Counted from the stretch's first letter, positions 49,215 through 58,882 are shown. The stretch: 64,000 nucleotides of DNA from Spirochaetia bacterium (GCA_965198005.1 CBDAOI010000003.1:832001-896000); one strand, 5' to 3'. Numbers and translations are program-made. The notes: generated by a model not told the origin, from the letters alone.

Positions 49215-49528
49215 GTGTTGACGACAAGATCGAGAAACTGAGCCATGCTCAGCGTAAGAGAGTCGAGGCACGTGCCGCTGACCTCATTGCCGAAGAGATG
49301 ACGCTGCGCGAACTAAGGCATGCACGCAAGCTCACGCAGGTAAGCATCGCCAAGAAACTTGGGATTACCCAGGACAGCGTCTCACGGCTTGAGAAGCGTA
49401 GCGACCTCTTGCTATCTACCCTCCGCAAGACGGTGGAGGCGATGGGCGGAGACCTGTCCCTGGTTGCCAAATTTCCGGATCGTGCACCCGTGGTGCTCTC
49501 GGGCATCGCCGAGGTTGAACCGGAATGA
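49205..49528 (+). CDS. XRE/HTH antitoxin (HigA-like)
   Basis: TLRELR.ARKLTQ..IAKKLGITQDSVSRLEKRSDLLLSTLR..VEAMGG.L. Confidence 0.92.
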   Translation: MAVSVDDKIEKLSHAQRKRVEARAADLIAEEMTLRELRHARKLTQVSIAKKLGITQDSVSRLEKRSDLLLSTLRKTVEAMGGDLSLVAKFPDRAPVVLSGIAEVEPE

Positions 49529-49668
49529 TTGCACGTCGAGTTGCTCGACAGCAGCACGGGGTGGTCAGTTCAACAGGCAAGGCGCAGGAGCCCGAAGAGC
49601 CCGAAGCTCCGAAGGACCCATCAACGGGTGAGGGGCGGAGCTGCGGTCAGGTGCGCGCTCGGCGGGTC

Positions 49669-49920
49669 GCGGCCGTGGGCGAGACGGCAGCCACCCCCGC
49701 TTGGCTGATCGTCCAGCACTCGCCGGACCTCGATTTCCAGAAGCGATGTCTGACTCTCATGCGCCACGCGGCCACCCAAGGCCAGGCAGCCATGCGAAAT
49801 GTCGCCTATCTGGAGGACCGGGTACTCGTTCGCGAGGGGAAGCCGCAGACATACGGCACCCAGGTACAACCCGGTCGAGCCGAGCCGTTCCTTATTCGCG
49901 ACCAGGATCGGGTCGAGCAG
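49669..49920 (+). pseudogene. DUF6624-like gene fragment
   Basis: AWLIVQHSPDLDFQ..CL, AYLEDRV.V..GKPQ.YGTQ. Confidence 0.65.
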
Positions 49921-50144
49921 GAGGACCGCGACCACATGCGGTTCATGCTGGAGGCGGAGCAGGCCGACGCCGTCTCTGCGGTCACGCGCGATCACGGGCT
50001 GGGCTGGATGACGCGCCGCCAGTGGTGGGAGTTGACCTGCTGCCGCGGTACCAGGCGCTGGACCGGGAGCTGGACGTGGAGCAGGTGTTCACCGCGCGAT
50101 TCCTGGAGGCGGCGTACCAGGACGGCCGGCTGGTCTGGCCATGA
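49921..50144 (+). pseudogene. Duplicated 3' end of the THI5-like SBP gene
   Basis: Near-identical to 44192-44419 with a small frameshifting lesion near 50025-50040. Confidence 0.9.
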
Positions 50145-50164
50145 CCCGGCCCGTAAGGTAGGTT

Positions 50165-51073
50165 ATGAGAATGAAACTGGGCGTGGTTTTCCCGCAGATC
50201 GAGATCGGCGCGGACCCGGGGGCGGTGCGCGCGTACGGGCAGGCGGTGGAGCAGCTCGGCTACCACCACATCCTGGCCTACGAGCACGTGGTCGGCGCCA
50301 ACACCGCCAGCCGGCCCGAGTGGCGCGGGCCGTATGACCTCGACTCGCTGTTCCACGAACCGTTCGTGCTGTTCGGCTACCTGGCGGGGTTGACCGAGCG
50401 GATCGAGTTCGCCACCGGCATCGTGATCCTGCCGCAGCGCCAGACCGTGCTGGTGGCGAAGCAGGCCGCCGCGCTCGACGTGCTGAGCGGCGGCCGGCTG
50501 CGGCTCGGGATCGGCATCGGCTGGAACCGGGTCGAGTACGAGGCGCTCGGCACCGATTTCCACAACCGCGGCCGCCGCTGCGAGGAACAGGTCGCGCTGC
50601 TGCGCGCGCTGTGGACCGACCGGGCGGTGACCTTCGACGGCGCTTGGCACCGGGTGACCGACGCCGGCCTCAACCCGCTGCCGGTGCAGCGCCCGATCCC
50701 GCTCTGGTTCGGCGGCGGGGAGGAGCGCGTGCTGCGCCGCATCGCGCGCTTGGCCGACGGCTGGATGCCGCAGTTCCAGCCGGACGAGGCCGGCCGCGCG
50801 CTCCTTGCGCGCATGCACGGCTACGCCCGAGAGCACGGCCGCGACCCCGCCGCGATCGGACTCAACGGCCGGATGGTGGCCGACCCCGCCGCGGCCCACA
50901 CCTGGACCGGCCGCATCCGCGCCTGGCGGGAGATCGGGGCCACCCACCTCAGCATCGACACGATGCGCCTCGGCCTGCGCGGCGTCGAACAGCACGTCGC
51001 ACTGCTGGAACGATTTCATGTCGCAACGAACCGCGCAGCACCGCGCACGGGGTCACCGTCGTCGACTCCATGA
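50165..51073 (+). CDS. LLM-class F420-dependent oxidoreductase
   Basis: GVVFPQ.E, YEHVVG, FHEPFVLFG.LA, ILPQRQT.LVAKQAA.LD.LSGGR.RLG.G.GWN..EY, DGWMP. Confidence 0.92.
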   Translation: MRMKLGVVFPQIEIGADPGAVRAYGQAVEQLGYHHILAYEHVVGANTASRPEWRGPYDLDSLFHEPFVLFGYLAGLTERIEFATGIVILPQRQTVLVAKQAAALDVLSGGRLRLGIGIGWNRVEYEALGTDFHNRGRRCEEQVALLRALWTDRAVTFDGAWHRVTDAGLNPLPVQRPIPLWFGGGEERVLRRIARLADGWMPQFQPDEAGRALLARMHGYAREHGRDPAAIGLNGRMVADPAAAHTWTGRIRAWREIGATHLSIDTMRLGLRGVEQHVALLERFHVATNRAAPRTGSPSSTP

Positions 51074-51099
51074 CTACGCGGACTACGCCGGGTCGCTCC

Positions 51100-51636
51100 G
51101 ATGAACTTCGTGATCTCCGGGACTTCTTCGATGAACGCCACGTCCTGGAATTCGTCGAGCACGATGAGCGAGTCGACTGCCGCGGTGATCCCGGCGATGT
51201 GTTCCCAGAGCGTCTGCAGACTGCGGTCAGGTTCCGAATCGTGCGCCTGCAGCGACAGGCTCGGACTCCCGGTCTGCGGGTCGAGCGCGATCGCGGGCCG
51301 CAGCGCTCCCAGGAACCGCCCGGCGTTCTCCAGAAGACTCTTCACCGGGACGGACGCGGCGAAGGAACGTTGCAGGCCGGTCGCTATCCGCCGGCTCAGC
51401 GATTGCAGGGAACGGACTCCGAGCAGGTCCGCAAACAGCACGAAGTGACGTTTGCGGGTGCGCCGGAACTCCTTGATGGTGATATTCCGCACGACCGAGG
51501 TCTTGCCGTAGTTGCGCGGACCGTAGACCACCATGCGGGATCCACGCTGGACCGCGTCCCCCAGCACTCGCTGCTCCCGCTGCAGGTTGCAGAGGTTGTC
51601 CGGGTCGACGAGTCGGTCGAACACGAACTGCTTCAT
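51100..51636 (-). pseudogene. AAA ATPase (ATPase_2-like), 3'-truncated
   Basis: YGPRNYGKTS Walker A and LIVLDEFQD Walker B, then runs into the end of the LLM gene. Confidence 0.75.
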
Positions 51637-51679
51637 GATGCGGATAGTATGATAGCGGTGGTAACATGAACAAGAGCCG

Positions 51680-51899
51680 TCGGCGCGGCTCCTGTCGACC
51701 GAGATCGCGACCCAGATGCGCGGTCGGGCGTTGTCCTGGGAGCTGTTTCCTTTCTCGTTCCGGGAGTTCCTGGATTATCGCGGGATCAGGAGCGAGGGCG
51801 TACGGTCGACCAAGGGGTGGCCGCGCGTGCGCCACGCCTTCGACGAGTACTGGGAGACGGGCGGATTCCCCGAAGTAGCCGGGCTCAGCCGCGCCTTGA
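51680..51899 (+). pseudogene. Internal fragment of an AAA_14/DUF4143 ATPase
   Basis: SARLLSTEIATQMRGR...ELFPFSFREFL...YWETGGFPEV. Confidence 0.75.
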
Positions 51900-52022
51900 G
51901 ATTTGAGACCTCTCAGTCATCGGAGCAATTATACTTCCACGCGATCTACCGCGCCACGTGCTGCCCAACATCGCGGCTGCAACGGTCCGTGCGGCCGGCG
52001 CTGGCTCTCCTGCGCATCGTCG

Positions 52023-52559
52023 TCATCTCGGCCCCGAGTTCCCGCGACGTACTTCGGAAGTCTCGGACAGCCGGCCCTCGTCGTCGATCAGGACTACGCG
52101 GGCGGGTCGGTCGGCGCTCCAACTCCACAGCACGAGATTGAGGTCGGCGGCGGAGGCCCCGGCGGCATAGCTTTGGACTCTCATGCCAACATGGCCCGCT
52201 GCGATCAGTCGGTCGGCGAGAGCCTGCGATGCAGGGATCGCACCAGCGCGCATTTCCGCTTCCCACGTGGGGCACGCGAGATCGGACTCCGTCACCCCCA
52301 ACGCCCGGCGCTGCTCTTGGTCCAGTGTATCGAAGACCGGCTCGGCATCGACCTCGTACGCGCACAGGGTGAGCGGCTGCATCGGCCGGCCGAGTGGCTG
52401 CGCTTCGCGGATGGCGACGAGCGGGGCGAGGGAGGTGTAGAGCGCCGGCACGCCGCGGCGGTTGACTCGTCCGCCGTGACGGCAAGCACCCTCGCCGGAT
52501 ATTGGCGTCCAGGACCACTGTGGATTGTGAGCCCGGTACACCATCGCCCGGAACCGCAC
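52023..52559 (-). CDS. RES-domain toxin
   Basis: YRAH, SGEGA..HGGR.N..G.PALYTS, E, SYA, NLVLW. Confidence 0.88.
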   Translation of the reverse strand: MRFRAMVYRAHNPQWSWTPISGEGACRHGGRVNRRGVPALYTSLAPLVAIREAQPLGRPMQPLTLCAYEVDAEPVFDTLDQEQRRALGVTESDLACPTWEAEMRAGAIPASQALADRLIAAGHVGMRVQSYAAGASAADLNLVLWSWSADRPARVVLIDDEGRLSETSEVRRGNSGPR

Positions 52560-52574
52560 CAGGAGAACGCAGAC

Positions 52575-52925
52575 TCAGGCATAGCCGCCGGCCATGATGC
52601 GGTCCAGATAGGCATGCACCTGGTCGGCCCTGCCTTCGCGCACCAGAAGATCGGGGGTAGCGCCGCCGAAGCCCGGCAGCGGCTCGGCGCGGAACCAGGC
52701 GTAAGCCGCGAGCGGCGATCCGGTTGCCGTTTCCACGCGATTGAGAATCTCCAACATCTGGCGCAACCGGACCTGGGTCTTGCGCGCCCGGACCCGCGAC
52801 GCGCGCGTGAACGCATCCTTGCCGAGGCCCAGCGTGCCGGCGATCTCGGACTTGGTGGTACGCAGCCCGTCGGCGATGAGCGACGGAGAGAACACCTGAT
52901 CCTGGACGAATTCCTGAAACCTCAT
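52575..52925 (-). CDS. Xre/MbcA/ParS-type antitoxin
   Basis: AYAWFR.EPLPGFGG.TP..LV.EGR...V..YL; directly upstream of the RES gene. Confidence 0.88.
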   Translation of the reverse strand: MRFQEFVQDQVFSPSLIADGLRTTKSEIAGTLGLGKDAFTRASRVRARKTQVRLRQMLEILNRVETATGSPLAAYAWFRAEPLPGFGGATPDLLVREGRADQVHAYLDRIMAGGYA

Positions 52926-53039
52926 TTCTGGCACCTCATACTTCTTGACATACCGTGATTCTGGTTGTCGTTCCAGGTGGCTCAACGCCTCCTCGACCAG
53001 CCGACAGCCGGTGAAACGATACTCGCGGCCTCGCGGCTA

Positions 53040-53308
53040 TCGGCGGTGCGCCAGTACACGGCCGCCGACTACGTGGCTGAGGCGGCATGCTGAGCCGGGA
53101 GGGGCGGCAGTACATGGAGATCGCGCCGCACCTGGCGCTGTGGCCGGGGGTGTGCCTGACCGTGGTGGTCTACATGTTCGGCGACGCGGTGCGAGATCTC
53201 TTGGACCCCCGCCTGCGCGGCCGGCTCGGGCGCTACGGCGCCGGCAGTGGCCGGCGGGCCGACGGCCCACAGTCAAGCTCTCCCACCGGGCCGGGCAGCC
53301 CGGCGTAG
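53040..53308 (+). pseudogene. Collapsed dppB/dppC-like permease remnants
   Basis: 53040-53076 (SAVRQYTAADYV) resembles 57191-57228 and sits next to a permease C-terminus GMLSREGRQYME...FGDAVRDLLDPR. Confidence 0.8.
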
Positions 53309-53386
53309 TCACGGAAGCAATAGCGTTCCGGGTAATGCTTGCCGGAACGCGTGGCGTTGGCTACCCTCGGATGAGCGAGCGTACTT

Positions 53387-54040
53387 ATGGCCGAAGGCAA
53401 CGAACACCGCGAACCCGCAACCCCGCAGGAGATCTGGGAGATTCTCCGCGAGGTCTCCGCAATGCAGCAGGAGACTGCACGCCGTATGCAGGAGACCGAC
53501 CGGCGGCAGCAGGACACCGATCAACTGCTCACGCGGCAGGCACGGGCCGCCGACCGGCGCATGGACAAGCTGGAGGAGCTGTTCAACGGGCAGTGGGGCA
53601 AGCTGATGGAGTCCCTGGTGGAAGGCGACCTCGTAGGGTTGCTCCAGCAGCGAGGCATCGTGGTGCAGCACACGGTAACCAACCCGCGGCAGAACTACGG
53701 TGAGCGGCGCTGGGAGTTCGACCTCGTGGCGATCAACGGCGAAGAGGTCGTGGTGGTGGAAGTCAAGACTAGCCTGAGGGTGCCGGACGTCGATCGTTTC
53801 ATCGGTCGGTTGAACGAGTTTCGGGAACTGATGCCGGAGTACGCCGAGCGGCGGATCTACGGGGCGGTTGCGTATCTGAAGGCCTACCAGGAGTCGGAGG
53901 TGCGAGCCGAGCGGCTGGGCCTGTTCGTGATTCGCGCCACCGGCAGCAGCGCCAGCATCACCAACCGGGAGGGGTTCACGCCGCGCGCGTTCGGTCACCG
54001 GAGCACGGCACCCAGCCGCCCAGCGGAGCGCTCCGACTGA
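53387..54040 (+). CDS. Coiled-coil + PD-(D/E)XK nuclease-like protein (DUF3782-like)
   Basis: QET.RRMQETDR coiled coil, WG.L.E.LV, EFDLVAING..VVVVEVK, YGAVA. Confidence 0.8.
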   Translation: MAEGNEHREPATPQEIWEILREVSAMQQETARRMQETDRRQQDTDQLLTRQARAADRRMDKLEELFNGQWGKLMESLVEGDLVGLLQQRGIVVQHTVTNPRQNYGERRWEFDLVAINGEEVVVVEVKTSLRVPDVDRFIGRLNEFRELMPEYAERRIYGAVAYLKAYQESEVRAERLGLFVIRATGSSASITNREGFTPRAFGHRSTAPSRPAERSD

Positions 54041-54473
54041 CCCCGGCGCTCGGCGGGTCGGCCGTGGGGGACGGACGAGTGACTACGCAAGCCAGACCTG
54101 CCACCGGTTGACGCTCCTGGCGCCTCACAGCCGCCGCGGCTCCGCGCCGGCCCGCGGCCTCGGCCGGGTGGCGGTAGCTGCCGGCGGCCAGCTCAGAGTG
54201 CGCACCCGCGCCTGTCGCCGGCTCGGATGATCGGTGCGCGCACGCCATCTGGCGGCCCTGCGCAGTGTCGGCACCGCCCGACCGGGCTGCAGGCGCCTCA
54301 CTCCCCTGTGTGGTCGTCGCAAAGAGCCGCACCCGACCATTTCTTCAACAATTTCGCCATCCGGGCCTTCTTGGTTATATTGGGGAGGTGCAGTCAATCG
54401 GCGCCACACGTATGCATAGCGCGTCTCAACTTCGGAGGGTTCGGGTGACCTACAACAAGTTAACGCTTATGAC

Positions 54474-54497
54474 CCCGCCCCCCCCCCCCCCCCCCCC
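54474..54497. repeat. Poly-C tract
   Basis: ccccg followed by about 20 C. Confidence 0.85.
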
Positions 54498-54844
54498 AAG
54501 CGTAAGCGCTCGGGCTGAGCGCGTAGCGCGCCCCGCGCGCCACGTCGCTTCGACCACCGCTACTCCGACCGCCTGCGCGGCGGGCCGCCGGCGTTGCCGG
54601 TCACTCACCTTCGCTGCATCGCCGACCACCGCCCCACGCGGCTCTCCCGGATCAGGTCCGCGCACGCGTTCAAGGAGGTGCCGGATGTAGGATGATGTAG
54701 GACGTAGGATGCAGAACTGACGTGGGACTCGGGGCTGTCGTCCTCGCTTTCCGGGCACTTGCGCTGCGGGTGTACCTTGAGAGTGGGCGAGGGATGGGCA
54801 GTGGCATCAGCACTCTCAAGCACTCAAGTATTTAGGAGTCAAAC

Positions 54845-56659
54845 ATGCACTACGCAATCTTTCGCAAGATCCTCGCGGTACTGTTCGGTCTCGTCCTGAC
54901 CGCAACCGGCCTCTGGGCCAGCGCCGCGGAGGAAGAGGAGCCGGCCGCGGCGATCGAAAAGGAAATGGTGATGGACCCCACTACCGGCAAGATGGTGACC
55001 GCGCCGGAGTACGGCGGGACATTAACCTATCCCTATAGCAGAGTAGGCGATATTACAGACCCCTTTTTTAATGGCATCGAAGCGGGCTGGCTCATAGACG
55101 GTGTTAATGAGAAACTCGCCTACGGGAACTGGGGACTAGATATAGAAGAATTTGACTTTTCAAACCCTTACGTCCCTTTGTTTGCCTTCACAGGGAATCT
55201 GGCGGAAAGCTGGGAAACGCCCGACGACACAACGATAATCTTCCACATCCGTCAGGGCGTTCGCTACGCTCTTGATCCGGACAGTGAGGCTAGCCGCCTA
55301 TTGAACGGTCGGGAGCTAACTGCCGATGATGTCGTATATAACTATCAGCGAAATAACGCTCTGGGTGACTTCACCGAACGTGTCCATCTTCCTGGCCCGG
55401 CTCACAACCTGCCATGGGAATCGATAGAGGCCACCGACAAATATACGGTTGTTATGAGGTTGACGAAGCCTCAGCTCGGTGCGCAAAGGACTATCTTCGC
55501 CGAAGCTATAGATTGGATATTACCCCCCGAGGTGATCGAGAAATACGGCGACTATAAGGACTGGAAGAACGTGGTCGGCACCGGGCCCTTCATACTGACC
55601 GACTACGTCGAAGGCGTCTCCAAAACCTATACCAAGAATCCTGACTACTGGGGCTTCGACGAAAAATATCCGGAGAACCGCCTGCCCTATATTGACCAGT
55701 TAAGGGCTCTTTGGATGGCAGACGAAGCAACACGTATCTCGGCAGTACGCACGGGTCAGGTTGATCGAATACTACACGCCGGCGTCAATGACATAAAAAG
55801 CCTAGACGTGGTAAAGAGCCTCCAGGGGACCAACCCCGGAATCCTGGTGCGCGGTTTTAGCCAGGGGTCGTTTGCTTCTTTTGGTCTGAACATTCGCAAC
55901 GCGCCCTTTGACGACATCAGGGTGCGCCGCGCACTGCAGATGGCACTGGACCTCGAGACGGTTAACGATACCTACTACGCCGGTTATGCAACGGTGGAAC
56001 CTAGGGGGCTTGTCGGCGTCAAGGGGTTTTACACACCATTTGAAGAGTGGCCCGAAGAGCTCAAGCAATACTACAGGTATGACCCGGAAGGTGCTGAGAA
56101 GCTCCTTGATGAGGCTGGGTACATACGCGGCGCGGACGGCGTTCGATTCAAGACCACCTATGACCACCGCGACATCTTAGATTTGGGCTTTGCAGAAATA
56201 GCTGCCGGCTACTGGGCTGATATTGGCGTTGATGTCACGATTAATATTGTTGAAACGGCGACTTTGGTCGCTAATAAAACAGAACTAGATTATGAGATGA
56301 TTTCTGGCAATATGTCCATGATTACGAGCCCTGAGTGGATCATGGGCAATTATCGCTCAGAGACACAATGGATGAACGAATGGACGGGCGGAGCCGAGAC
56401 CCCTGAGCTGACCGCCGCCCAAGATGCCTTTTTCGCCGCTACCACCCTTGAGGAGCGGATGAAGGCATCTAGAGAGTTTGATATGGCCCTGGTGAACCAG
56501 CACAATCAGATATGGGGTCCTATGGTTGCAGTGTATCAGTTGACTCAGCCGTGGGTCGGAGGTTTTAACGGAGAATACGCGATGGGAGACATGAACCATC
56601 ATACCATCATCGCCCGCCTCTGGATCGACCAGGATCTGAAGCGAGAAATGGGGTTCTGA
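54845..56659 (+). CDS. ABC substrate-binding protein, family 5 (DppA/OppA-like)
   Basis: AGGAG RBS; P.YGGTL, LAESWE, GRELTADDV, VGTGPF, KNPDYW, PF.D.RVRRAL..A.D, YDPE.A..LL.EAG. Confidence 0.93.
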   Translation: MHYAIFRKILAVLFGLVLTATGLWASAAEEEEPAAAIEKEMVMDPTTGKMVTAPEYGGTLTYPYSRVGDITDPFFNGIEAGWLIDGVNEKLAYGNWGLDIEEFDFSNPYVPLFAFTGNLAESWETPDDTTIIFHIRQGVRYALDPDSEASRLLNGRELTADDVVYNYQRNNALGDFTERVHLPGPAHNLPWESIEATDKYTVVMRLTKPQLGAQRTIFAEAIDWILPPEVIEKYGDYKDWKNVVGTGPFILTDYVEGVSKTYTKNPDYWGFDEKYPENRLPYIDQLRALWMADEATRISAVRTGQVDRILHAGVNDIKSLDVVKSLQGTNPGILVRGFSQGSFASFGLNIRNAPFDDIRVRRALQMALDLETVNDTYYAGYATVEPRGLVGVKGFYTPFEEWPEELKQYYRYDPEGAEKLLDEAGYIRGADGVRFKTTYDHRDILDLGFAEIAAGYWADIGVDVTINIVETATLVANKTELDYEMISGNMSMITSPEWIMGNYRSETQWMNEWTGGAETPELTAAQDAFFAATTLEERMKASREFDMALVNQHNQIWGPMVAVYQLTQPWVGGFNGEYAMGDMNHHTIIARLWIDQDLKREMGF

Positions 56660-56660
56660 A

Positions 56661-56807
56661 TCAATCGCCCCTTGGGCGATTGAAATGGGAGTCGCTGCGC
56701 GACTCCACGGAAACCGCCAGAGGCGGTTTCCATTGCAGCAGTGCTCCGCGCGGCTGCTCTGAACAAGGGCGCCGGGAGAACGCTTGCGAGCGCGCTTCCC
56801 GGCGCCC
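56661..56807 (+). promoter_or_regulatory. Array of intercistronic stem-loops
   Basis: Perfect inverted repeats 56661-56683, 56688-56706, 56709-56731 and 56767-56807. Confidence 0.75.
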
Positions 56808-56822
56808 ATTTACCACGAAGAT

Positions 56823-57777
56823 ATGAGAGCCTACATCATCCGGCGGCTGCTGCTGGTCATCCCGACCCTGTTCATCTTGAGCGTGTTGGTGTTCCTGTCC
56901 GTCCGCTTCATCCCCGGCGACGTCATCGACATCATGGCCAGTCGCACGCTATTCGTGGGCGCCCGGCTCGACCGCGCGGCCATCGAACAGCGGCTCGGTC
57001 TGGACCTCCCGATGCACGTGCAGTACGGCCGCTGGATCGGCGGCATCCTCCTGCGCGGCACCCTCGGCGAGTCGCTGCTGGGCGGTTGGCGGATCGAGGA
57101 GCGCATGCTGGGACGACTGCCGTCACCGCCGAGCTCGGGCTGCTGGCCATCCTCATCGGCTTGGTCATCGCCCTGCCGGTGGGCATCTACTCGGCCGTGC
57201 GCCAGTACACCGCCGCCGACTACGTGGGACGGTCGATGGCCATCATGGGGCTGGCGACGCCCAACTTCTGGCTGGGAACGATGGTGATGATCTACCCGGC
57301 CATCTGGTGGACGTGGTCGCCGCGGATGGAGCTGGTCCCCTTCGCCCAGGACCCGCTGGGCAACCTCGGCATGTTCCTCATCCCCAGCCTGATCCTGGGG
57401 ACCTACCTGTCGGCCAGCACCATGCGCATGACGCGCACCATGATGCTGGAGGTGCTGCGCCAGGACTACGTCGGACCGCCTGGGCCAAGGGTCTGCTGGA
57501 GCGGTCGGTGATCCTGCGCCACGCGGTCAAGAACGCGATCATCCCGGTGGTGACGCTGGTGGGCATGCAGCTGCCGATCCTGGTGGGCGGCTCGGTGATC
57601 ATCGAGAACATCTTCAACCTGCCGGGGCTGGGGCGGCTGATGCTGGACGCCCTCAACGACCGCGACTACCCGGTGGTGTCGGCGGTGAACCTGTTCTTCG
57701 CCACGGTGGTGGTGTTCGTCAACCTGGTGACCGATCTGCTGTACGCGTCGCTGGACCCGCGGATTCGCTACGAATGA
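56823..57777 (+). pseudogene. DppB/OppB-like permease with two frameshifts
   Basis: YIIRRLL..IPTL...PGD; single-base losses near 57120 (RLP/VTAEL) and 57471 (QDYV/RTAWAKG); ends LDPRIRYE*. Confidence 0.88.
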
Positions 57778-57800
57778 GGCAAAGGCAATGAGGGAAGCCC

Positions 57801-58208
57801 GTGGGTGACGTATCACAGCTGACTCCGGCCGTCGCCGAGCCGGCCGCGGGCGCGGCTGCGGCTGGGCACGCCGGAGCGCGGCGGTTCTTCGGACGGCTGG
57901 TCCGCGAGCAGCCGCTGGGGACGGCCGGCGGCATCGTTCATCCATGGGGCGCGGCTGTCGCTGACGGTGGGGCTGGCAGCCACGGCTACTTCCAGGCGGC
58001 GCAGGCGATCGGCAGCTCGCGCCGGCGCTCGCTGCTGCGCCACGTGCTGCCCAACATCGCGGCGCCGATCATCATCATCTTCAGCATCAACGTCGGCGGG
58101 GTGATCATGTCGGAGGCGGCGCTGAGCTTTCTGGGCTTCGGGCTGCCGCCGGACATCCCGAGCTGGGGCGGGATGCTGAGCCGCGAGGGGCGCCAGTACA
58201 TGGAATGA
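57801..58208 (+). pseudogene. DppC/OppC-like permease, internally deleted and truncated
   Basis: QPLGTAGG jumps to AAQAIG...RHVLPN...EAALSFLG.G.PP..PSWG.ML, stops at YME*. Confidence 0.85.
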
Positions 58209-58255
58209 ACGCTCGCGGCCACGGGGCTGACCCGAGAGACCGTGTGGTCTTGGGC

Positions 58256-58642
58256 CTACGGGGGCCGCGCCGCCGCGGCGTGCGACCGCAGCTTACCGTA
58301 TCGCTCACAGAAGAAGCGAACACACTCGGGGGCCAGATCAATCGTTTGCTCATCCTGTTCGCCGGTCTCGGGATTGGGCCAGACCAAGGCGTAGTCGGCT
58401 CGAACCATACGGAATCGTCTCTTGTCCCTCAGCAATTGAAACACGACGCCGGGATTCTCCTCGATCAGGAGCGGCCGAAAGTCCAACTCGTAGATGGAGA
58501 CGTCCAGTTCTTCCTCAAACCAGAGTCGCAACATGTAGTCGGTCACGTACTCAACCTTCAGCAAGCCTCGCTCCCATCGGTTCGTCCACTTCCTCGGGTC
58601 ATCGGCTACGGCTCGCCACTCGCTCCATCGCATGGTCTTCAT
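58256..58642 (-). CDS. DUF2442-like protein (TA partner)
   Basis: KVEY..DY.LRLWF, F..L.D...F..V, LVWPN...IDLAPE. Confidence 0.75.
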   Translation of the reverse strand: MKTMRWSEWRAVADDPRKWTNRWERGLLKVEYVTDYMLRLWFEEELDVSIYELDFRPLLIEENPGVVFQLLRDKRRFRMVRADYALVWPNPETGEQDEQTIDLAPECVRFFCERYGKLRSHAAAARPP

Positions 58643-58882
58643 CCCACTACGGAAACCGGCTGCCCCCGCCGGGATCTATCCCACTGCTCCAGATTCGATC
58701 ATTCTTCGCAGACGGGGTGGCAATGCCACGCCGGGCCGAAGCCACTCTCTGGTTCTGATGTCGAGCCGATAGCTGCGGACATCGCCTTGATACCTGACGT
58801 GTACGTGTGGCGGCGCATGGTCATTGTAGTTCATCAGGACGACCAGAGCACCTTGCTTGAAGGGATGCGACACCGGTGGCAT
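58639..58882 (-). pseudogene. DUF4160-like protein with an internal frameshift
   Basis: MNYNDHAPPHVHVRY; expected tail LEQWDRSRRGQPVSVVG* is in another frame and overlaps the DUF2442 start (ATGA). Confidence 0.72.

Noticed and set aside
49525-50337. 270-aa ORF as a novel fusion protein
   Set aside because: A chance in-frame chain of a DUF6624 scrap, the duplicated SBP tail and off-frame sequence.
54474-54497. Poly-C as a phase-variation switch for the SBP gene
   Set aside because: It lies ~350 nt upstream of the SBP start, outside its CDS and any recognisable promoter spacer; kept only as part of the repeated upstream element.
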